DNA of 64,000 nucleotides from Hemiscyllium ocellatum (GCF_020745735.1 NW_026867551.1:369983-433982); one strand, 5' to 3'; shown: positions 26,461-39,109, numbered from the stretch's first letter. Numbers and translations: made by a program. The notes: generated from the sequence alone by a model not told the origin.

Positions 26461-29456
26461 TGCTGAAATAATATGCAAATATTAGTCAACACAGTCAGTA
26501 TTGGTAGAGACAGAATCGGCTGCATTTCTTTTATGATCAGTATCGAGGCGATAATTCTTGCAATTCGTATATTTCAGCAGAAGAAACGTGAATTTTCCAC
26601 CGTACTTGAAAACAACATTAATTAGCTCTCTGTAATGATATTTTACCTTATAATTTGTCATACCTGATTGGAGAAATTTGCTTTCCAAAATTTACCTGCT
26701 GCATCTTCAGTAGTAGTGCAATTAAATAACTGTAATGAAGGCACGCCAATGACACTAACATATTTTGAGACTTCGTATGATGTTAGAATCATTACAGCAA
26801 GACAAGAACTTGAAAAATATTCATATTGTAAAATGTAAATCGTGATGCATTCAAATTTCTGAAATTTGTTTAACTTCAGCGCCTGAATACATCAATCAAG
26901 TTGATATTCAGTGGAAAATTGCCCGCGACTGAGATGTTTCATTGACTGTGCAAATATAACATTCAAACCAGAATTTTGACTTTAGAAGGTATTGGCATAT
27001 ATCTTTCAAGTGGTGCCCTAGGAGTGTCATCTTATTTGTATCATCAGCCGATAGTTGCAACATAACCCTTCTTCTGATTTGAACTCAATCTAATATTCTG
27101 CTGTGGTTGCTTCAACACTTCAGTTCAAACTAATGAAACATTCATGAATATACATGTAAAAGTAGAAATCAGAGGCTAGACGATTGAAACAGTTTAAGAC
27201 AACAAACATTTTTTTCGGTATAGAGCGCAGCATTAACACAGATATCCATGCAAATATATCTATTGAGTGCTCTCAGACGTTTCCTTAACTATTATTTCAG
27301 TCTTACGAAATAAAACAAAGTTGATATCTGCACTTTTCGAACTAATCATCAGGAAGTCCATTCGCAAACTACAGTAAAATAGCAAATGTTTCTTTAATAT
27401 TTACTGAATCTTATCCTTCCCTCGCACTCTTTCTGGTCTGACTTCTTTGTCCTCCCTTCTGAATATCATTCGTTGTGTTTACTGGATAACCTGATCTTAA
27501 TTTGCAGTCAACACATTGTCATGAGAGGGATAAAGAAATAACACTGGATATTGTGATTAGCTGGATCATTAATTCACGAGCTGCAATTTACATGACCACT
27601 GACATGACCACCTTCTATATTGTATAATTTTATTTTGTTTATCAATGTTCTTTATTTTATTTCTAAAACAGCGCTCAGATTATTTTGCTCAACATTGCCT
27701 TACTTTACTGTAACTTACAGATCGCTTTAATTTGTCTGTCCACAAATACTGTATCTGTTTTCCACGAATTTTATATTTGAACAGATTCTGGGAAAACCTC
27801 TTTCGTAGCAATTACCAAGCTGCACCAGACCTGGAAGTTCTGATGGGAACAAAGAATAGGGAACTGTGAAATTAATTTGGGTCGATATCCTCTGGGGGTT
27901 CTTTTTGAATAACGTGGAAACTGTTTTGCTTTGTATTTCCCTTGTGTTCGACTACTTCTTCGTTGTTGTTGTTTCAGAGTGTTAGAATTTCAGAATACTA
28001 ATATTCAGATCCTCAAATACACAGACAAAGATGTAAAAAAAAACATCCGAAATTTCAACTGGGTAAATGTTGGATAATTCTATTTCAATGCCAAAATTGA
28101 TTTTTCCTTTTTAAATCAGTCATGAAAGCCAGGAGTGAAATGCGTTGAAGTGGAAGGAGGCAGTGTCCAGCAGTGTCTCAGGGAGAGGTGTGCACCATTG
28201 GAGGTGGAGTGCTTTAATTCTCCCTTCAATTCAATTTTTTGACCACTACCCTGCTTTCCACTTAGTCTTTCATGAAAACATTGTCCTTAACATGCTCTGT
28301 CTGCCACCGATCACGAGCCATATGAATTCACATCAGCAGTTTCAAGTATTTTAAGCAAATATATAATGGGAAGATTAGAAACTCCTCACTTCAGAGGACT
28401 GACTCCGAGCTGGCTGGTCACAGCCAGCACACTGTGAATAGGGGGAAAAATATCAAATAAAATTCCCGAGATAAGGGAAGAAATACTTGTACAAAATCGT
28501 GAAAAATCCATGTAAAAAGATATGGATGTTGAATCCGGTCATACTTCTAATAGGGCAGAGTGGAGTAAGATTAATTAATTTGATGCGGCGTTGAGGGAAT
28601 TGACAAGCTCCAGCTCGTACTGTCATTCGATGAAATCATTACTGATCTTATTTTAACCACAAAACCACTGGTGCATCCACCGCAAAAACGTTTTACTCCA
28701 TTGCTTGCATGTAAGCGCGAATGTGGAATGAACTCTGTTTGATTTTTCCAAAAAATCATCTCGGGCTCAATCGGCAAAATTAAGGTGTGTTATTCTAAAA
28801 CTGCGTACTCAGACTAAAGCGGAACCGTTTAAGTTAAAACCAATTACAGTTGTGTGGCCCACATGTCAGTTTCAATACTTCGGCCAGCCCTGACGATCTC
28901 TGACGCCATGACTGAATGCAAGAAAACATTAAAAAAATCAAAAGAAGTTTTTTTTTGCAATGATAGCGCTTTGCTATGTCTGTGTTTTACTGATTTTAGC
29001 ACCGTGTCACACTGATGACTTAATCTACTGTTTCAATCTTGCATAGACATTCACACTTAAAAAAAAACAAATCCTTGTTCGAGTTAGTGCTGAGCAATCG
29101 ATCATTTTACTTCGATTTATTTGTCATGTGTGGTCAAGTATAGAAGTACAAGAGTACAGAGAAAGTTGTCTAATCTTACCACGCATGACGCTAACTTAAG
29201 TACCAAGTACCGTGATAAAAAAGTATGTACAAAGTATTGAGGGAAACAAGAATTTTAAAGGTTATGTTTTTCTTCACATAATATAAGAAAAATATAAGAA
29301 ATCAGTAAGAGTTAACGTTCTCGCAATTCAAACTGCGGTAACAAAGGAAAACATTAAAAGTTCCACCATTTATCTTGCTCTGCTGTCTGTTCTCAATGCC
29401 ACTGCCACACGTAAAGTGGCTGCTGCTGAAACTGTCGCCTTTCCGATTATAAATTA

Positions 29457-29487
29457 CTGATGAAGGGCTGATTCCTGAAATGTCGAT
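29457..29487 (+). ncRNA. Minimal type I hammerhead-ribozyme-like motif in a Penelope-derived fragment (29457-29530)
   Basis: CUGAUGA-AGGG cugau UCCU-GAAA-UGUC. Core nucleotides and the GUC site are intact; helix I is poor, so activity is doubtful. Confidence 0.45.
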
Positions 29488-30429
29488 TAATCTACTACTC
29501 GGATGTTGTTTTTCCTGCATGTGCAGTCCACGTTTGTCCTCGCCGATCCAATCACCGCTGATGCCTGTGGCACATACTCAGGCAGGATCCACTCGCATGC
29601 CGAGCCGAGAGACTCCCATGAGTCGCCAAGAGAAGAGGCTGAGGGCCGCCGAGAGACCAGGCTGGGCGATAGCACACAGAGGCCATAAGCAGAGCCGTGG
29701 AAAGACCAAATGCGGGGTAATGACAAACCAAAAGCTAGAAAAAAAGTGAAGGAAACAGAAGGAACGGAAGAGCTCCCTTACGAACATCCTACCATGCCGC
29801 TTTTCAATTAGATTATCACCTTCATCGTATTAACGGGGACTGCTGCTTCTGTCACATTCTGAAGTCAGGAGCAATGATCCCCAGTTTGATGGATTGTTGA
29901 GAACAGCGAAATATGTTTGATCTCAGCACTCTGAGGATGTCTTGTTTTGATAACATGTGGTAGAGATGATTAAGCTTTAGTAATTACTCTCATTTGATGT
30001 ATTTTGAATTTTTTTACTCCCCATCTCCAAAATTCGAAAGTGGACAAGTTCATGAATTAAAAATGCCACAGCTTAATTTTGATAGAAAGTAGTTTCATAC
30101 AAACGATTCTTTTGTTTGTCCTACTTCCTTAAGGGACTTTGTGAAAAAAAGTGAATAAGGTGAGACGAAGTTATGAGTGTATTTGATGCAATATCTCGCT
30201 TCATGTCATGAAAACTGCAAAGATTTCTACTTCTGCTGGCGAAACGTTGTCAGTGCAGTACTGTGAAATGTGAAAGATCATGTAATGATATAAATGGATC
30301 AGATATTTAAAAATGCAATTTTTTACTGTTTCTCTTGTCAAAAACTGTGAGTCATTAGTGATTTTAAGTGAAGTGAGACAGCCAAGTAATAAGGAGTCAT
30401 TAAATTAATGTGGCTGGAGGCTGGGAACC

Positions 30430-33400
30430 AGATGAGAAGATAAGTAGACAGCGAGGTGGAAACTGGAGACTATAAGTATCATGACGATAACATTAATAAG
30501 GGGTAAAGTAGCCAGAGAGGAGATTAATGCAAAAGAACTGGTAGGCTGAAGTGCACATAATCTAATGCAAGTAGTATAGTGGGTAAGGCAGATGAACTGA
30601 CGGCTTGGATTGGTGCCTGGGGGTCTGATATTATTACAATCACAGAGATTTGTTTCAAGCAAGGGCGTGATTGCAACTAAATCTTCCAGGATGGAGATAC
30701 TTCAGATAGGACAATGATGAAAGTAAAAGGTGGAGGGAGCTGTTGTTATGCTGCTCCGGGATGATATCACGACTGTGCTAATGGAGAACATGATGGAGGG
30801 CTTGTGTAGTGAGACGTTATGTGTGGATCTGAGAAATAAAAAGGGTTCAGTTACGTTGTTGGGGCTGTATTACAAGCCTCCCAACAGTGAGCGGGATGTG
30901 AAAGAACAAATAGGTAAATCAATCATGTCGAGTCAACAGGGTGATGGTGATGGGAGATTTTAATTTTCCCAACATTCACTGGGATACAATTCGTGTCAGA
31001 AGTCTGGTTGGGGCAGAATTTGTAAAGGCGTCCAGGAGTGTTTTTTAGGGCAGTACGTCAATCGTCCGATCAGGGAATGGCGATATTGGACTTGGTGTTG
31101 GGGAAAGATAATGGGCATGTAGTAAAGGTTGCGGTGCGGGATTTATTTGGGAAGAGAGACCACAATTCTGTAAGTTGATTATACTTGTAGACAACGATGA
31201 GAATGCTTGTCAGGGAAGAGTAGTAAACTGGGCCAGGTGTAATTATATCAAAATTAGTCAGGGGCCGGGAAACGACAGTTGGACACATCGATTTGAAGGG
31301 ATTTCCACATTTGATGTGTGGGAGGCTTTCAAAGATAGGTTAAAGAGAGAGCAGGATAGGCATGTCCTGTTTAAAGCAAAGGATATGAAAGGCAAGGTTC
31401 GTGAACTGTGGACGAGAGGAGAAATCGGACGAGCGGCCAAGTGGAAAACGGAAGTGGGAGTAGCTCCAGGCACCTTAGAACAGAATGGACCCAGGAGGAT
31501 TATAGAGAGAGTAGGACCAGTCTTTAACGAGGAGTCAAGCGTTTTAAAACTGGTCTTGAAATAGCTTTAGTGAGCAGAATTAAGAAAAATCCCAAAGCCT
31601 TTTAATTTTATATAAGAATCAATGGGCAACTAGAGAAATAATTGGTCCACTAAATGTTAGAGAAGGATTACTGTGTGTCGAACCTGAGAAAATGGGTAAG
31701 ATTCTGAATTATTACTTTGCATCAGTGTGCACTAAGGAGAGGATCATCGTGAATGTTGAGATTAGAAATAGAGGTTTGATTTCTCTGGATCACGTTGACA
31801 AAATGAGAGAAGATGTGTTGGGCATTCTAGAGGTTTTCACGGTGTGCGAATCCCCAGGACCGAAGAGGATCCATCCCAGGTTGCTGAGGAAGGTGAGAGA
31901 GGAAATAGCTGGGGCCGTGACAAATATCTTTGTAGCATCCTTAAATACAGGTGAGATGTCTGAGAACTGGAGGGTTTCTCGTGTTGCACCCTTGTACAAA
32001 AATGATTATAAGGCTATTCCGGGTACCTGCAAATCAGTGATCCTGAACTCAGTGGTGGGCAAATTGCTGGAGAAAATACTGAGGGATAAAATCGATTTTT
32101 ATCTGGAAAGAAATGGGTGAACAGTGATTGGCAACGTGGCTTTGTGAGGAGGACATCGTGCCTTACCAAGTTAATAGAGTTCTTTGAGGAAGTGACCAAG
32201 TTGATAGATGAAGGAAGGGCTTTAGATGTCATGTGCATGGACTTTAGGAAGGCGTTTGATAAAGTTCCTCGTGGTAAACTAATGGTGAAAATGAAGTCAT
32301 AAGGTGTTCCAGCTAGGTGGATCAAAAAATTATTTAGCAATAGGTGACAGTAGTAGTAGAAGGGAGTTTCTCGAAATGGAGAAAGGTGGCCAGTGGTGTT
32401 CCACAGGGATCAGTGCTGGGGCCACTATTGTTTAGGATATACTTAAAATGATCTGGAAGAAATTAATGTTCGTATGATCAGCAAATTTGCAGATTACATG
32501 CAGATTTGTGGAGTAGCAGAAAGCATAGGGGACTGACAAAGAATACAAGAGTACAGAGATAGACTGGTGTGTTGGGCGGAGAAGTTCCAAATGGAGTTCA
32601 ATCCAGGCAAATATGAGGTGATGCATTTTGGGAAGTCTAATTCTCGAGCAAATGAAGCAGTAAACGCGAGAACCTTAGTAAAAGTTGATGAGCAGAGAGA
32701 TCTGGGTCGATTGTTCCTGAAGGTTGCCGCACAGTTGGAGAGAGTAATCAAGACGGTATATGGTATGCTTACTTTCATCGGACAGGTTATTGAGTATAAG
32801 AGCTGTCAGGGTATGTTAAAATTGTACACGGAATTGATTCGGCCCCATTTAGAATTTTGGGTAGAGTCCTGCTGGCAACATGTCCAAAGGAGATAGACAT
32901 TTTGGAGACGATGCAGAGATGGTTGACGAGAATGTTGCTGGGAATGGAAGTTGCTAGTTATGAAGAGAAGTTGAGTAGGTTAGGATTGTTTCCATTAGAA
33001 AACAAGGAGATTGAGGGGTTTGATGTGATTGAGTTCGACAAAATCTTGAAGGGTACAGACAGGTTTAGATAGAGATAAGCTTTTTCACATTAAATAACGT
33101 AGTAGTTGAAGGGAGTTTTTCGAAGTGGAGAAAGGTGACCAGTTATGCTCCACAGGGATCAGTGCTGGGGCAACTTGTAACCTTTCTCCATTTCGAGAAA
33201 CTCCCTTCAACTAATACGTTATTTCAATAACGTGAGGTCACGCTTTGAAGGTGAGATGTGCAACGTTTAAGGGGAATGCACGCGGTAAGTATCTGGAACG
33301 CGTTACCCGCAGAGGTAGCAGAGGCAGGCATGGTAGATTTACATAAGATGCTTATGGACAGATGCATGGGCAAGTGGGGAGCAGAGGAATACAGATGCGT

Positions 33401-33505
33401 AGGATTAGCTTGACACATTTGGACAATGGATTTGAATCGGAGGGCCGGGAGGACCAAAGAGCCTGTTACTGGGCTGTAAATTTTCTTTCTTCTTCTTTGT
33501 TCTTC
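30430..33505 (+). mobile_element. Decayed CR1 LINE, ORF2 region (APE endonuclease + reverse transcriptase) and 3' end
   Basis: Fragments [105 protein letters not shown]; many stops and frameshifts. Confidence 0.93.
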
Positions 33506-33837
33506 ATTAATACTTACTCAGGGCAAAACAGTACAACGTCTCAATTTCTGAAATATTTTTGTTTATTTCTTCTCAGAGCAGGAATATTTACTCGCACTAT
33601 TTAAAACAACAGAATTTTAATAACTGCCTCAACGCGTGATGCTTGACAGATGCAAATGAAATTTAATCCGATCCTCTTCGAAGATATTTCAGAAGTAAGA
33701 AACCCCTTATAACAAACCAGAATGTGAAATTGAAGTATGTATGTTTATTTCTCTCACCATCAGCAGAAACGGCAATCTTGATTTGCATGTGTGCATTTCT
33801 GCAAAATTTAAAAACAAAATAAGCTTATTATTTGTTA

Positions 33838-33843
33838 TTTATT
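33838..33843 (-). terminator. Candidate polyadenylation signal AATAAA of the intact GPCR
   Basis: Minus-strand AATAAA about 305 nt after the stop; a second lies at 33744-33749. Not evidently conserved in the paralog. Confidence 0.25.
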
Positions 33844-34147
33844 TTAACACAGACTACAGTGGGTATCTACCAAGGGGAGTTTGCACACGCATCAATAAAC
33901 TCCATTTCAAAAGATAATCTTATGGTGAACCTATGTGGCTGGCAGAAGAGGCAAAAACTTGAGAAAAACTTTCTTTCACAAAGGACTGCCACGAATTTGT
34001 AAAGCAGTGTTGTGTCTGTCACTGGCAAGAACTAACAAGCCTAGGCAGAGTGATGATACATATGCCAAAATTTCCCAGCTGAAGATTCGTAGTGTTGTTA
34101 GTAGGTTGAGTGAACTGTCAATGTCATATCAAATTATTGATCCGGGT

Positions 34148-35058
34148 TCACTGAAAATGACATGTCCTAATAAGTTTGGAGGCGTATTTAAAAGCAGATT
34201 TCAACTGACCTCTGAATTTTGTCTGTGTCACTGCATAAATACACGTATTCGTGCATGAACTTAAGAGTTGTAGCATGTACCCACTTTCCTGCAGAATGAA
34301 TTTAGGGTCATTGAGATTGGAACTTATCGAATAAATATCACCTGAAATTTGCTTAAGTAGAAAATGTAAAACGTACGTTAGCCATAACAACAGAAAACTG
34401 CCTGAGATGGCAAAGAGTAAAATGATGGACTTTCTCCTGCTCTCCACTTCTGTGTCACGTTTCCTACTTTCATTTTTGTGAGATTGGAGTCTCCTGCGAG
34501 CTCGAGTAGCAACTATAATGTGTCTGACAGTCACTACATTAAACAACAAAATAAGGAGGAAAGGAAGACATGGGGCTTGAATGCGATCAAAAGTTTCAAA
34601 CAATCTCCATGCAACCGATGTATAAAATACGTCTGTTATATTGCAGTACCATCCCACCCCATCAAGAGTATACAAAGGCTCATATATGAAATAAAATGAA
34701 GTGCTCATCAAACAGCATAGTACACAGACTATTCCTATGACCACAGATGCTACTTTCTCAGTACAGTATTTGTTTTTCAGCTTCTGGCAACAAATGGTTA
34801 TGAACCGATCAAAGGTGAATGCGACAGTCAACCAGACAGAGCAGTTTCGGGAAGCGTAAGTAAGAAGAATTATCAGACGACATCCCAGTGTGGTGTTCAG
34901 TAAACTGGCTGGAAAATAAATTGCCAGAAGCCGACTTAACATCACTGCAACGATAATGACAATAAGATCCATTGCTGCCATGGATAGAAGGTAGCGAGTG
35001 ATGCAAGCTGACAGACCACATCTTCCTTGGGAAAGTATTACTATCGTCACCAGGTTGG
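34148..35058 (-). CDS. Exon 2 of intact GPR139/GPR142-like 7TM receptor (spliced product 326 aa)
   Basis: Within ORF 34148..35155. Acceptor tctgtctcttacag|CC AAC CTG. Motifs: TM1 Asn (ANLVTIVIL), TM2 Asp (MAAMDL), TM3 Cys and FTFDRF, ECL2 WYC, TM5 PCLPF, TM6 KSIILLF..FLLLWLT, TM7 SSCTNTCIY, helix 8 KFR. No stops or frameshifts. Orthology to GPR139 itself is not claimed. Confidence 0.92.
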
Positions 35059-35131
35059 CTGTAAGAGACAGAGTACGATAGAAAATCAGTGTGAGAGGGA
35101 GACATCGAGACAGACAGAGACAGACCTTCGG

Positions 35132-35183
35132 AGACATAGACATAGACATAGACATAGATAGGCAGAGACATACAGACAGACAG
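35132..35183 (+). repeat. (AGACAT)4 / AGAC-rich microsatellite in the GPCR intron
   Basis: Direct reading; produces the spurious MSMSMSMS start of ORF 34148..35155. Confidence 0.85.
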
Positions 35184-36565
35184 CGGAATTGGAGAAAAAC
35201 ACAACGTTGTTAGTTTGGCAAAATGATTGCATAGATTTTTTTACGAGTTATGTTGGACTTAACTCAAAAAAATTGTCTTATACTTTTACTCATGCATTTC
35301 TAATGGTTAATTAACAGGAATATCTGTCACAAATAATATTTGAACACTGAATGTTCAATTATTATTTGTGACAAGTGTTGTACTCTGACATTTCCTATGA
35401 CATATCAATGTAAGGAATTGACTCCATTGTCGTATCTGAACATGATTAACAATTACAAATGACAAGATCAAAAAACTACGATCTTCAGCCGATACGTGAA
35501 CGTTCTTTTCTCCAAGTTAAAGACAGATTACTGGTCACATACTTAAGATTGTACAAAGTTCAATATCACTGGCAGCTCATCAGATTCTGAAACAGACGTT
35601 ATTGAATTGTAGTAGAATTATTACTTCGGAAATACTTGCTCCAAGCATGTGCCATGCATTTGGAATTTCAGAGAAAGGCAGCAGAACACGTTTTCAATAA
35701 CTCACCTGATGACTCTCCAATTCCTCCACAACCTCAATGATGCTGTAGATGTGTAATGCCATACTGACTGGATGTAAACAGTTCCAACAACAACCTTGCC
35801 TGCACGTAGCTCACTCGACCGTCTACATTTCAATGAACATTCACTCCCTCCAGCAGTATGTCGGTATCACCTACAAGACGCGCTGCACAAATTCACACAG
35901 ACCACTGAAACAGAAACATCTAAGACCATGCCGACTTGCTGAGGGAACTGCAAAGACAGCAAATCACTGAGAAGAGCAAGACATGCAAGTTCCCTTTCAA
36001 GGTATCCAACACCCTGCCTTGCTATCCTTTTTTCAGTGCCGCCATGTCACTACTCCCTGAACACTTCCCTAGCTACATTTCGTTGCGCTTGCATCAAATG
36101 AAAAGCAGTGTTTCAAAATGGCAACTTAACCAATAGCTCCCGCAGGGAATCTAGAGTTGGATAGTGCATGAACACCCAGCCAAGGTGTAAATATTCCACC
36201 TATGCAGACAAAACTATGTCTAGACATTTAAAAAGTGGACATAAAGTAATCAAGTGAATTACATATAATCAATATGAGGGCAAACGCATCTGTAATAACT
36301 ATCTGAATAAACTATTTTCTAAATATAAAACGAAACCCCCGAAATTATGGTGAATGCCATTGGTTGACACTGTTAACTGTCCTGGAGGGTCAGTTAACTT
36401 TAGATTTGAAAGCATGAACAACATCAATATCTATTGGTAACATGATGTTTTACTGATTAAATTAAAAGTTTATCAAGCAGCTGAGAATATAATACATCCC
36501 CAGCCAGTCTGCGAACACACATTTAACAATCAGTATGACAAGTATATTTTATCTTCGTAATTTAC

Positions 36566-36635
36566 CTGGAACCCCGAAAGCAGCAAGTGCAGAGTAATAA
36601 AGTAGAAATATCGGTGCTCTTTCAGGAATATGCAT
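36566..36635 (-). CDS. Exon 1 of intact GPR139/GPR142-like class A GPCR (MHIPERAPIFLLYYSALAAFGVP + 1 nt)
   Basis: 70-nt exon read by hand: aaaATG at 36635, ends CCA G|gtaaat (canonical GT donor). Encodes a short N-terminus and the first half of TM1 and joins exon 2 in frame (G|CC = Ala). Absent from the ORF track because it is short. Confidence 0.9.
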
Positions 36636-36680
36636 TTTCACTAAGAATAGTGAATTGGTCCTGTGGCTTTAAAATGCACC

Positions 36681-36688
36681 TATTTATA
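36681..36688 (-). promoter_or_regulatory. Putative TATA box (TATAAATA) of the intact GPCR
   Basis: About 45 nt upstream of the ATG; the same position in the paralog reads TATAAAAA (17383-17390) in a conserved context (catca.atataaa.aggtgcat). Confidence 0.55.
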
Positions 36689-37794
36689 TCTGATGTTGGC
36701 CACTGGAGACGCAATTACTTAAATCATTGTTTGAACTTGGCACAGTCCTTGTGAAAACAAAACACATGAACGCATTCATTTTCACACGAATTGCAAATGT
36801 TACAATAGACCTTGCTAAAACAGAAAAGAAAGAATCTAAGATAAAGTAGTTAAAGTGGTAAATGATGTCAAATGATTTTAACATTTGAAACTGCTCTCAC
36901 CATTGCTGATGCCAGTACGATACAACTATACATTGAAACCTTGTTTGACAGATCCTAAGTTTAGCTGTGAACTTGGTTACTGTGGCAGTTTTAAAATTGC
37001 AAACAATACTTCAGATCATACGAAAGCCAGAGGGCAGAAAGACAGAAAATATTGTCCACATTCGCAACAAAAACTTAGGCAGGAAAACCTACAACAGTTT
37101 ACACTGTTCGGTCGTAATCTAAAAAGCAGGACCTCACGGGTAGAAATCCCTGGATAAGCCCACATTCCACGTTCTGCTGAAGCCAGGATAGGAGTGAAAG
37201 ATCGGGATGTCTTCCAGGGAAGGTGTGACCTATACAACAAACAGTGGTCACACCTAACGTAGCTGGGCACTAAATCCCAGCTGGAAGTTTGATAGTGGAA
37301 CTCGGTCGTGTTGAAAGTAGCGTGGCGGGGAGGGGGCAGTCTCAACGAGAGAAGCAAGTCAGCAAGTGTGGAGAGCGGGGCAGCTCTTGAGACAAAGGCA
37401 AATAATGTTAAGGTGATGAGTAGTCAGGGAGACGTGGCTGATCTCAGCGGAAATGGAGGTTTTGACAATATTTGTCTCAATCAAAAGCGTATAACAGATT
37501 ATAAGGATGAACTTACAAATGATGTGCTCAATCTGTAAAGGGTCGTTCACATCACTTCCTGATGGATGAACCCCCCTGTGGCAACTTGCTTAACATTAAA
37601 CATTCCATTATCAGTGTTGACCTCCCCAAAATCACGTGTTGCGAGGAGCAAAGGCAGAGCTGACATTATCGCCGAACAATTTCTGCAGTTACAGTTAGAT
37701 CAGTTAGACAAAGAAGCCTTGTTCAGCGGGCTTGCAGATTCTCTGTAGTTAATAACCTCTCAAGTTCTGGGTTGTCGACTTGTTAAAGTGACAG

Positions 37795-37992
37795 GGTGAA
37801 AAATGAGGTCTGCAGATGCTGGAGATCACAGTTGAAAATGTGTTGCTGGTTAAAGCACAGCAGGTCAGGCAGCATCCAAGGAATAGGAAATTCGACGTTT
37901 CGGGCATGTGAAGGGCTTATGCCCGAAACGTCGAAGTTCCTATTCCTTGGATGCTGCCTGACCTGCTGTGCTTTAACCAGCAACACATTTTC
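37795..37992. mobile_element. Young palindromic non-autonomous Penelope-derived element with 17-bp target-site duplication
   Basis: Arms 37833-37907 and 37919-37993 are 74/75 identical inverted repeats with an 11-nt spacer. acttgttaaagtgacag flanks both sides (37778-37794, 37993-38009). Centre retains tgaagggcttatgcccgaaacgtc. Confidence 0.85.
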
Positions 37993-38229
37993 ACTTGTTA
38001 AAGTGACAGTCCACAGTGAGCAGTCGATGTTACATCACCATCAAAATATCCCACGTTGGAGTGAGATCAGCTACCCTGATAAGAAATGTTCAGCTCCCAA
38101 CCACCCACCGACCTCCACACATGCCCCCACAACCCAACCCCCACACCCACCCCATCCTCCGGCCAGCCAGCTGTTCTGGATTGACGTCCCACCTGTGGCT
38201 TTTGAATTCCAGTAGCAATGCCAGGAATT

Positions 38230-38910
38230 CCCTCATGGCTGAGTGTAATACATACATCTGTCTGCATCAGCGGTGCGAAGATGAAGATGGTCAGGAGCGT
38301 TACCAGAAGTAACGATCACCAAGAGCCTCTCCAGAGCTTCCCCATCGATGTTACGGTAGAGAATGCACAAGAATGTCTCTACGTTCTCAGAGGGCTATGA
38401 AAATTGCTTGTGTGCATCAAGAAGTTTAGATTTTTTTTCTTGGTGCACTATACAATGTATCCTGTCTGTGTGTATCACAATTTTGTACGGTAACTGCTGT
38501 GCTCAATAACGCAAGAAATGCCATAATGGCATGAACATGCCCAGTGCATCAACAGATTAGTCTACAATCCATTGACTCCATCTATTCTTCCCGCTGCCTC
38601 GGGAAAGCAGCCGACAGAATCAAAGATCCCACACCTCACCAGGATTATACTATCATTCATCCTTTTCTGACGGGCAGAAGATTTAAATGTTTTAATTCAC
38701 ATATCGACAGATTCAAGAACAACTTTCCCCACGCTATCACAGCCTTTGAAAAAAACCTGCGAAAGACTAATCTTTGTTTTCTCTCTGCTGCGTGTTTGAG
38801 GCTGTAACAATGTATTTCTGCACTCTGTTCTTTGACGATATTGTACTTTAATGGTATGACTTGCCGAGATAGCAAGCCTTTTTCATTTTATATGAGTATG
38901 TGTGACAATA
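38230..38910 (+). mobile_element. Rex1/Babar-clade non-LTR retrotransposon 3' fragment
   Basis: AQECLYVLRGL; SIYSSRCLGKAADRIKDPT..FLTGRRFK..DRFKNNFP resemble the Rex1 C-terminus. Confidence 0.75.
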
Positions 38911-39109
38911 CCGCTAAATCTACCGTTAATACGTGTTTCATGATACTCTGAATTTGTCAATGATTTACTGAGACCTCCTTTATAATAGATTCTAACATCT
39001 CACCAATGGTAGATGTTCAGCTAACGTTAGTTGTGTTATACTTGTCTCCAAATCTTTTTCGATAAGGTTGCTTGCAGTTAGCCAATTTTAAGGATGAACT
39101 GATGATTTA

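Larger units (their letters stand above)
21700..36780. repeat. Segmental duplication unit C (contains the intact gene), enlarged by TE insertions
   Basis: See unit B. The B-to-C offset grows from about 15.4 kb to 19.3 kb across the unit, consistent with the CR1, Penelope and LTR-like insertions. Confidence 0.8.

Noticed and set aside
35059-35155. N-terminal 32 aa (MSMSMSMSPKVCLC...) of the 335-aa ORF
   Set aside because: Intronic microsatellite and pyrimidine tract; a canonical acceptor at 35059-35060 and a true exon 1 at 36635-36566 explain the gene.
37783-38215. Overlapping ORFs on both strands
   Set aside because: By-products of the palindromic element and a C-rich tract.
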